Assembly (NCBI GenBank): GCA_934660865.1
Contig: CAKUIA010000021.1
Location: 1 to 32,000 of the forward strand
Direction: 5' to 3'
DNA length: 32,000 nt
Source: an uncultured Opitutales bacterium
Lineage (GTDB): Bacteria > Verrucomicrobiota > Verrucomicrobiia > Opitutales > Intestinicryptomonadaceae
A program made the translations under genes and the position numbers. Numbering within the stretch: the stretch's first letter is position 1; the number at the start of each line of letters is the position of its first letter. Below the pieces are notes generated by a model. It had not been told where the DNA came from, searched no databases, and saw only the letters and a program-made list of their open reading frames with translations. This document shows positions 17,417-23,706 of the stretch, one piece after another.

Positions 17417-18121
17417 TTACCTGCGTTTTTCTATATCCCAAAAAATTTTCGCATTTTTGGCAAACTGCTCGTCGGATACGCTTAGGTAAAGCTCGGCTAC
17501 GTCAATCAAATTTTGGCTTATGTTGCAGCTTTCGCCGAACTCTTTGCCCATTTCGCGGAAGGCCGCAAATATTTTTTTTACCCTTAAAGACGTTTGTGAT
17601 TTTTCGCCCAAAAGCGGGGCTTCGCCTCGGCGTATGTTTGCAATGTAGTTTAGGTTTAGCGCGCTTGCAATGCTTGAATATGTTTGGCTTATTACGCCAA
17701 ACGCCGAGTTTTTGCGGCCCAATGCGCAGCTTATGGTAATGAATTTTTTGCCCTTTAACGCCGTTGAATTTTCTACCGCATTGTTTTGCGCGTTAAATGT
17801 ATACCCGTCTATTAACGGGAAGCACCTGTCGAAGAATATTTTTACAAGCGAACTTGTAGAATAAAAATATACCGGGCTTATGCACACAACGGCATCGCAC
17901 TCTTTTAAAAGCTGCAAAAGCTTTTGCATATTGTCGTTTTGAACGCATTTGTCCGTTTTTACGCACGCAAAACAGCCTTTGCAGGGCGCAATGTTTTGGG
18001 CGGCCAAATCTATGTCGAAAATTTCGGCGTTGGCCTCTGTTAAGCCCTCTTTAAACAGGTTGCCCAGCTTTTCGCACAGGCCCGTTTTGCGGGGGTTGCC
18101 CCTTAAAATTAAAACTTTCAT
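17417..18121 (-). CDS. Flavodoxin-fold NAD(P)H-dependent FMN reductase / iron-sulfur flavoprotein (Isf-like)
   Basis: N-terminus MKVLILRGNPRKTG and a compact cysteine motif CKGCFACVKTDKC (CX2CX2CX5C) as in Isf proteins, then AVVCISPVYFYS. There is an ATGA overlap with the FabZ-like gene. Confidence 0.7.
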   Translation of the reverse strand: MKVLILRGNPRKTGLCEKLGNLFKEGLTEANAEIFDIDLAAQNIAPCKGCFACVKTDKCVQNDNMQKLLQLLKECDAVVCISPVYFYSTSSLVKIFFDRCFPLIDGYTFNAQNNAVENSTALKGKKFITISCALGRKNSAFGVISQTYSSIASALNLNYIANIRRGEAPLLGEKSQTSLRVKKIFAAFREMGKEFGESCNISQNLIDVAELYLSVSDEQFAKNAKIFWDIEKRR

Positions 18122-18543
18122 TGCGCGTTTTTTGCGGCCGCCAAAACAATGGTGCCCTCTGCGATTTTGTCGGTACCTACACAGGCCGTGGCCGAAAATT
18201 GGAAAAGCCCGTTAAAGCTGCGCACAATCTTGGCACAAAGCCTTAATGTGTCGGGCGGGCGGGCAACCTTTAAATATTTCATATTTGCCGAGGCCAAATA
18301 AAACATTTTGTTTTGCGGGGCATTTTTTAACGCAAGCAAAATTCCGCCGGTTTGGGCAAGGGCTTCGCAGGTAAGCACCCCTGGCATAATGGGTTGACCG
18401 GGGAAATGCCCCTTAAAAAACGGCAGGCTTTCGTCTAAAAACAATTCGCATTCTATTTGCGTGTCGGTGTGCGAAACAACTTTGTCGACCATCAAAAAGG
18501 GTTCTCTGTGCAAAAGCAGCTTTTTTATTTCTTCTTTGTCCAT
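18118..18543 (-). CDS. 3-hydroxyacyl-ACP dehydratase (FabZ-like hotdog fold)
   Basis: LLHREPFLMVDKV, FFKGHFPGQPIMPGVL and EALAQTGG are canonical FabZ motifs. Confidence 0.85.
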   Translation of the reverse strand: MDKEEIKKLLLHREPFLMVDKVVSHTDTQIECELFLDESLPFFKGHFPGQPIMPGVLTCEALAQTGGILLALKNAPQNKMFYLASANMKYLKVARPPDTLRLCAKIVRSFNGLFQFSATACVGTDKIAEGTIVLAAAKNAQ

Positions 18544-18548
18544 TGCGT

Positions 18549-19328
18549 TTATCCGTTGTTTGAATTTGCGTCTATGCTTTTTAGGTTGCGGTAAATTTCG
18601 TTGTAGGCCTTTGCCGAAATTGCGTCGGCATTGCGGCAGTTTTGCGGGTTTATGGGTTCGCCTATGCAGATTGTAAGCGTTTGCATAAATTTTGGGCGGA
18701 AGCTTTTTTGCCCCTTTGCCATAAATTTGTCGCTAAAGCGGATTGTGCAGGTTCCCACCGTTTTGTTCAGCTCTTTTGCAAGCTTAAAAGCCGATTTTTT
18801 AAAGTCTGCAAGCCGGCATGTGCGGCTGCGCTGGCCTTCGGGGAATACTATAAGGCGGTGGTTTCCGTTTAAAACTTCGGCGCATTTTTTGTATGCGTTT
18901 TGCACCGACAAAATATCGTCTTTCGAAATCGAAACGAAATTGAATATGTAAAAGAAAATCAAAATGAACGGGTTTCTTTTGTATTTTGTCTTTACCAAAA
19001 TTCCCGCGTCGCCTATCAGGGCCAGCATTATAAACGGGTCTATAAAGGAGGTGTGGTTTGCAACGTAAATGTCGGCTTTGTTAATGTTTTCTTTGCCGCA
19101 AATTTTTACGGTATACCCGCCCATTTTGGGCAGCGCAAAAAATACATAAACGGCCATTGCGGTTTGTATTATTGCCGAAATTGCCCTGCAGCGCAGGTTT
19201 TTATTGAAAAACAAAACAATATACGCCAAAACCGACGCCAAAACGGCGGGTATCGCCAAAATGCCGAATACAACAAAGCCCATGCAAAACCAAAGCGAAC
19301 AGAAAAATTCTTTTATATTTTTGGGCAT
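18549..19328 (-). CDS. Membrane-anchored PlsC-family (LPLAT/AGPAT) acyltransferase
   Basis: HX4D motif ANHTSFIDPF and motif III VFPEGQRS. Two N-terminal hydrophobic segments are present. Confidence 0.8.
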   Translation of the reverse strand: MPKNIKEFFCSLWFCMGFVVFGILAIPAVLASVLAYIVLFFNKNLRCRAISAIIQTAMAVYVFFALPKMGGYTVKICGKENINKADIYVANHTSFIDPFIMLALIGDAGILVKTKYKRNPFILIFFYIFNFVSISKDDILSVQNAYKKCAEVLNGNHRLIVFPEGQRSRTCRLADFKKSAFKLAKELNKTVGTCTIRFSDKFMAKGQKSFRPKFMQTLTICIGEPINPQNCRNADAISAKAYNEIYRNLKSIDANSNNG

Positions 19329-19948
19329 TTTTTCCTTAAAATTACATAGGTTGCAATCAGCGCAAAAACAAGGGCAATGACAATTAAAAATTTCTCCCTA
19401 AAAGCCGCGTTAAAAATCAAAATCATTGCAAGTGCGATAAGCCCCTGCACGCAAATGTTTACGGTAAGGTATGTAAAAATTTGCGCCTTTTTCGATAGCG
19501 AAGCTAATATCAGATTCTGCGCAAAGTAGGGAACCCCCGGGATGGCCCTTATAAAGAAGTTAAGCTTAAAGTATATGGCGTCTTCGGCATGCCGCGGCAG
19601 AAATTTGTTTTTAAGCTCTTTTACATAGGGCAGTTCCGAAAACACATTGCCTATAAAAAAGCCTATAAGCGAGCTTGTGAAAAGCCCTATAATGCAAAGC
19701 AAAAAGGCTTTTGGCAACGTATATGCGCTTGCCGCAAATACATAGCAAAACGAAAGCGGCACGCCCACGGCGCACCCTATACCCATAACGGGCAAAAAAA
19801 CGTATGCGGCGGAATTGTTTTTTGCAAATTCTTCGAACGCCCCGACAATTTGCGCAAAGCCCCAAAAATATTGAACGGACAACGCCGCCAATATTACGAG
19901 TACTACCTTTGCATATTTAAAAAACATTTGCCGATTATAGTAGGGCAT
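19313..19948 (-). CDS. VTT-domain (TVP38/TMEM64/DedA, SNARE-associated) membrane protein
   Basis: 211 aa polytopic protein. FFIRAIPGVPYFAQNLILASL fits the VTT motif R.iP.vP. It overlaps the PlsC-like start by 16 nt. Confidence 0.55.
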   Translation of the reverse strand: MPYYNRQMFFKYAKVVLVILAALSVQYFWGFAQIVGAFEEFAKNNSAAYVFLPVMGIGCAVGVPLSFCYVFAASAYTLPKAFLLCIIGLFTSSLIGFFIGNVFSELPYVKELKNKFLPRHAEDAIYFKLNFFIRAIPGVPYFAQNLILASLSKKAQIFTYLTVNICVQGLIALAMILIFNAAFREKFLIVIALVFALIATYVILRKKCPKI

Positions 19949-20027
19949 TTGCTCTTTCTATCAAGAAAATACAAAGTTAAAAATGGTTGTAAATTTTTGC
20001 GGCCAATGGCAATGTTGGGGCAATTAT

Positions 20028-20942
20028 ATGAATGTTGTATACTACAAGGTTTTGGCAAAAGACGCGTTTTCGCCCACAACGCAGTTCGACTATTCCCCCT
20101 ATCTGCCGCAAAACGGCAAGGCCGGCAAATGGCTGCCCGAAATAGAAAAGGCGCAAATAAGGAAAGCAGGCTACTACGTTTCGCGCTACTGGAATATGTG
20201 GTACGAAGACGGCTGCAGAATATACGAAGTAGAGTGCAAAGGCCTTTTGCTTGGCGACGAAAACGGCGTAGAAAAACAGGCATGCTGTGCGCAAATAAGG
20301 CTGCTTAAAGACGTAACCGAAAGCCTTGTGGGCTTTCTCGACTTGTCGGCTTTTGGCGAATCGGGAAACCCCCGCTTTAACACTGGCCCAGGCAACACGG
20401 GGTTGCGCAACACGGGTTCGTACAACAGCGGCAATTTTAATACGGGCAGCCGCAACACTGGCAACCTAAACAGCGGCGACTTTAACACGGGCGACAACAA
20501 CACAGGCATAGACAATGTAGGCGACAACAACATAGGCAGCGCCAACAGCGGGTGTTCGAACATAGGCCATTCAAACAGCGGCAATTTCAACAAGGGCAGC
20601 TACAACACGGGCAAATGCAACACGGGGCACTGCAATACGGGCAGCTTTAATTTTGGCAATTCAAACGTGGGCAAATGGAATGTGGGCAACTACCATTGCG
20701 GATTTTTTAATACAAAAGAAGCCCCCATAATGATGTTCAACAAGCCCGCAAGCGTTAAAATAAGCGAGGTAAAAATGCCGCTTTTTTTGAACGAAAAAGA
20801 CTGCAAAGCCGCCTTTGAAAAAACGACAACAAAAGACATTCAAGACGCTCTGGCATTGCCGAATTTCGATTTTGAAATATTCGGGGAAATTACGGGAATT
20901 TCGAAAGCAGACTTCGAAAGAAGGCTCGGCACAACATTGTAG
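20028..20942 (+). CDS. Pentapeptide-type (GxxN[TS]) repeat protein with unique N- and C-terminal domains
   Basis: An N-terminal ~105 aa domain (MNVVYYKVLAKDAFSPTTQFDYSPYLP...) is followed by ~23 consecutive 5-residue repeats, then GFFNTKEAPIMMFNKP...LPNFDFEIFGEITGISKADFERRL. An alternative ATG lies at 19983. Confidence 0.7.
   Translation: MNVVYYKVLAKDAFSPTTQFDYSPYLPQNGKAGKWLPEIEKAQIRKAGYYVSRYWNMWYEDGCRIYEVECKGLLLGDENGVEKQACCAQIRLLKDVTESLVGFLDLSAFGESGNPRFNTGPGNTGLRNTGSYNSGNFNTGSRNTGNLNSGDFNTGDNNTGIDNVGDNNIGSANSGCSNIGHSNSGNFNKGSYNTGKCNTGHCNTGSFNFGNSNVGKWNVGNYHCGFFNTKEAPIMMFNKPASVKISEVKMPLFLNEKDCKAAFEKTTTKDIQDALALPNFDFEIFGEITGISKADFERRLGTTL
20361..20714 (+). repeat. Intragenic 15-nt periodic tandem repeat encoding GxxN(T/S) pentads
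   Basis: Read directly from the translation: NTG PGNTG LRNTG SYNSG NFNTG SRNTG NLNSG DFNTG DNNTG IDNVG DNNIG SANSG CSNIG HSNSG NFNKG SYNTG KCNTG HCNTG SFNFG NSNVG KWNVG NYHCG FFNT. Confidence 0.85.
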
Positions 20943-20974
20943 GCCGCAAAACTTTTGCGCGCGGAACAAAAAAA

Positions 20975-21002
20975 CCGAACCCGCAAACGGATTCGGTTTT
21001 TT
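20975..21002. terminator. Bidirectional terminator between convergent genes
   Basis: ccgaaccc gcaaac ggattcgg forms an imperfect stem. It is flanked by aaaaaaa upstream and tttttt downstream. Confidence 0.55.
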
Positions 21003-21021
21003 GCGTTTTTTTTAGGCTTTT

Positions 21022-22449
21022 TTAGTACCAGCCCTTGCGCATTGGCGGGTTTATAAACGAATTTATTTTTGCGGAACCGCCTTTGCATACCATATTTTCG
21101 CTGTCCCAAACAATGTTTTCGTTTGCGCGCAAAGTAAGGTTGCCTAGTTGCACAATTTCGGTAAGTTTTGCCGCAGTTTCGAAATCCGACGAGGCTTTTT
21201 TTACCTTGCCGCAAATTGCGTCTATAAAGTTTATGTGGTGGTCTTTATAGCGTATTCTCGGCTCGCTTTCGGGAACTGACATTGCAAACTTTGTCCGCTT
21301 TTTCGGGAGCACTACGGGCTTGCCGAAAAGGTGCATTGTCGGCGAATAAAGCACGCCTTCGTCGCCTATAATGAACATTCCGTCTTCGGTAGACAAATCC
21401 CTGTAGCCGCGTCCGGTATCGGTGTATTCTTTCGGCAGCTTGGGCAAAAACGACAAATCGTAGTCTTTATACGAATCCCACTTTCCGTTTTTATCGGGCT
21501 TAACAAAGCCGCTATACCACTTTAGCTTTACCTTTTGCCCCTGGTTGCTTGTGTCGAAATTGTATATAACTTCGTCCTGAAGGGGGACGGAAATTTCGGT
21601 GCCGCCGCGCTGGCGCGATGTTATCAAACTGGGCATGCCAAGCCCGAGAGCCGTGTAGGGCACGTCTATGATGTGCGCGCCGATGTCGCCCAGCGAGCCG
21701 CTGCCGTATTTGTAGACCCTGCGCCAATTAAGCGGTACAATTTCGCTTGAATAGGGGCCGAAATCTGCAACATTAAGCCATTTGTCCCAATCCAAAGTTT
21801 CGGGCACTTTTTCGCTTGGCCACTGCTTGTAGCCCATAGACGGGCGGTTGCAACCCTTTAGCGGGCGGCATGTCCACATAACAACTTCGCTTACATTGCC
21901 TATCACGCCAGCTGCAATCCATTCTTTGGCAATTCTTATGCCGTGGCCCGAATGTACCTGGTTGCCCATTTGCGTTATAACGTTTTTGGTTCTTGCAAAG
22001 TCTCTTAGCGCCCTTATTTGCCCCAAAGTGTGGCACATGGGCTTTTCGAGATAAACGTTAAAGCCGTGCTTGATTGCGCACATGGCGGCCGCAAAGTGCG
22101 AGTGGTCGGGAGTGGCTATTATAACGCCGTCCAGCTTGCCCTCCATTTGCGAAAACATTTCGCGGTAGTCGGTAAAAATTGGGGCGTTTTTTTCGGCAAG
22201 GCTTTTGCCTTTGGGTATGCCGTAGGCTTTGTCTACGTCGCAAAGGGCGGCAAAGGTTTGTCCCTTGGCTATAAAGCGGCGCATATTCTCCGAGCCCATA
22301 AGCCCCGAGCCTACAATGCCAAGTTTTAGGCGGTCTACATTCTCGTAGCCACCCGCGGTTTTTTTGCCCGCCACCGATATGTAGGGGGCCGCCAGCAGCG
22401 ATGTTGTAGCCAGTGCAATGTTTTTTATGAATTTGCGTCTCGACGACAT
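21022..22449 (-). CDS. Gfo/Idh/MocA-family oxidoreductase with twin-arginine (Tat) signal
   Basis: MSSRRKFIKNIALATTSLLAAPY is a Tat signal. LKLGIVGSGLMGSENMRRF is the Rossmann N-terminus. EKPMCHT is the family EKP motif. Confidence 0.85.
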   Translation of the reverse strand: MSSRRKFIKNIALATTSLLAAPYISVAGKKTAGGYENVDRLKLGIVGSGLMGSENMRRFIAKGQTFAALCDVDKAYGIPKGKSLAEKNAPIFTDYREMFSQMEGKLDGVIIATPDHSHFAAAMCAIKHGFNVYLEKPMCHTLGQIRALRDFARTKNVITQMGNQVHSGHGIRIAKEWIAAGVIGNVSEVVMWTCRPLKGCNRPSMGYKQWPSEKVPETLDWDKWLNVADFGPYSSEIVPLNWRRVYKYGSGSLGDIGAHIIDVPYTALGLGMPSLITSRQRGGTEISVPLQDEVIYNFDTSNQGQKVKLKWYSGFVKPDKNGKWDSYKDYDLSFLPKLPKEYTDTGRGYRDLSTEDGMFIIGDEGVLYSPTMHLFGKPVVLPKKRTKFAMSVPESEPRIRYKDHHINFIDAICGKVKKASSDFETAAKLTEIVQLGNLTLRANENIVWDSENMVCKGGSAKINSFINPPMRKGWY

Positions 22450-22579
22450 ATTTTTATTTCTCCCTCGATTTGTTTTAATTGTTCGGGCGCGCTTTGTCGG
22501 GTTTTTAATGCACGCTCCGTTCGAAATTGATGTGCAAGGTTTTAATATTCGGGCAAATCGGCTTGCAACAAGAAAAGGT

Positions 22580-22608
22580 TTGCATTTTTCTTAACAGTTA
22601 AGTAAAAA
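22580..22608 (+). promoter_or_regulatory. Putative sigma70-like promoter with an embedded 13-bp palindrome (candidate LacI-family autoregulatory operator)
   Basis: TTGCAT (22580-22585), a 17-nt spacer and TAAAAA (22603-22608). The perfect palindrome cttaac-a-gttaag (22590-22602) lies within the spacer, 26 nt upstream of the regulator's ATG. Confidence 0.3.
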
Positions 22609-22627
22609 GCCCGCCGTCTTTTGTTTT

Positions 22628-23662
22628 ATGCACCAAAGTTCCCGTAAAAACGTAAGCATTGCCGACATGGCCGAAAAGCTGAACCTTTCGAAAGCCGCGG
22701 TTTCCTTCGCGCTTTCTGGGTCTAATATGGTATCTAAAGCCACAAAAGAGCGCGTTTTAAAGACGGCTGCAAAAATGGGCTACCAAAAAAGCCCCTTGGT
22801 TTCGTCGCTAATGTCGTCTATAAAAAGGGGTAAAGTTTCGGCATTTTCCGAAACAGTGGCCCTTTTAATTGCCAATGCCGACAAAAACATAATAAAAAAA
22901 CACCCGACTTTGCGCGAATATAAAAGGGGCATTGAAAGCGAGGCGAAGCGTTTGGGCTATGTAGTAGACGAAATTTGGGTTTCGGACCCTCTTTTAGACT
23001 CAAAAACCCTTGCAAAAGCCCTCCGCGCGCGCGGCATAAGGGGAGGGGTTGCAGTGGGCCACTTTTTGGGCGAATTTTTCAAGCCCAAGTTTGCTCAAAT
23101 ATGGCGCAACTTTTCTTTCGTGTCGGTCGGGGTAAAAACTTCGGCGTCGTTCGGCACGGTGGTTTCCGCCGACCAATATGCCGCCAGCTATTTGGCGTTT
23201 GAAAACTGCGTTAAAAAGGGGCTAAAGCGCGTGGCCATTATTATGGAAAAGGAGGTAGACTACTTTGTAGACGGCCGTTTTATTGCGGGCTTTTTGCGCG
23301 CGCAGTTCGAGGTTGAAAAATGCAACCGCATAGAGCCTTTTACCGTTCCTTTTGCCTCGGCCGATTTCGGCGCAAAGCTAAATTCGTTCTTAAAAACGCA
23401 AAAGCCGCAGGCAATATTGTATTTGCGCGACTATGTTGGCGATTTTTTGCGCCTAAACAAAATTGTTGCCGACAATAAAATACTTTTAGTTCAGCTTGAA
23501 AACCGCCGCAAGATTACAAAAAATTGGTGCGGTATAGAGCAAAACAACTATTCGGTTGGCGTTATGGCGGTAAGAACCCTTGCCGACATTTTAAACCGCA
23601 GGGAATTTACAGGCGAAACGCCGTATGTCAGCTTTGTTTCGCCTAGCTGGTGCGAGTTTTAG
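22628..23662 (+). CDS. LacI-family transcriptional regulator
   Basis: The N-terminal HTH is VSIADMAEKLNLSKAAVSFALSG...VSKATKERVLKTAAKMGYQ. A ~270 aa periplasmic-binding-protein-like sugar-binding fold follows. Confidence 0.85.
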   Translation: MHQSSRKNVSIADMAEKLNLSKAAVSFALSGSNMVSKATKERVLKTAAKMGYQKSPLVSSLMSSIKRGKVSAFSETVALLIANADKNIIKKHPTLREYKRGIESEAKRLGYVVDEIWVSDPLLDSKTLAKALRARGIRGGVAVGHFLGEFFKPKFAQIWRNFSFVSVGVKTSASFGTVVSADQYAASYLAFENCVKKGLKRVAIIMEKEVDYFVDGRFIAGFLRAQFEVEKCNRIEPFTVPFASADFGAKLNSFLKTQKPQAILYLRDYVGDFLRLNKIVADNKILLVQLENRRKITKNWCGIEQNNYSVGVMAVRTLADILNRREFTGETPYVSFVSPSWCEF

Positions 23663-23706
23663 ATTTATAGTTGACGTTGTTTTTTTCGGCAAATAGCATT
23701 TTTGCC

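Noticed and set aside
19589-20308. 239-aa plus-strand ORF spanning the VTT gene and the start of the repeat-protein gene
   Set aside because: The translation is Arg/Lys-rich and implausible. It overlaps two well-supported genes on both strands.
20186-20593. 135-aa minus-strand ORF with periodic LPVL/SPVL repeats
   Set aside because: The periodicity is the mirror image of the 15-nt GxxNT repeat on the plus strand. The plus frame has intact flanking domains, a start and a terminator.
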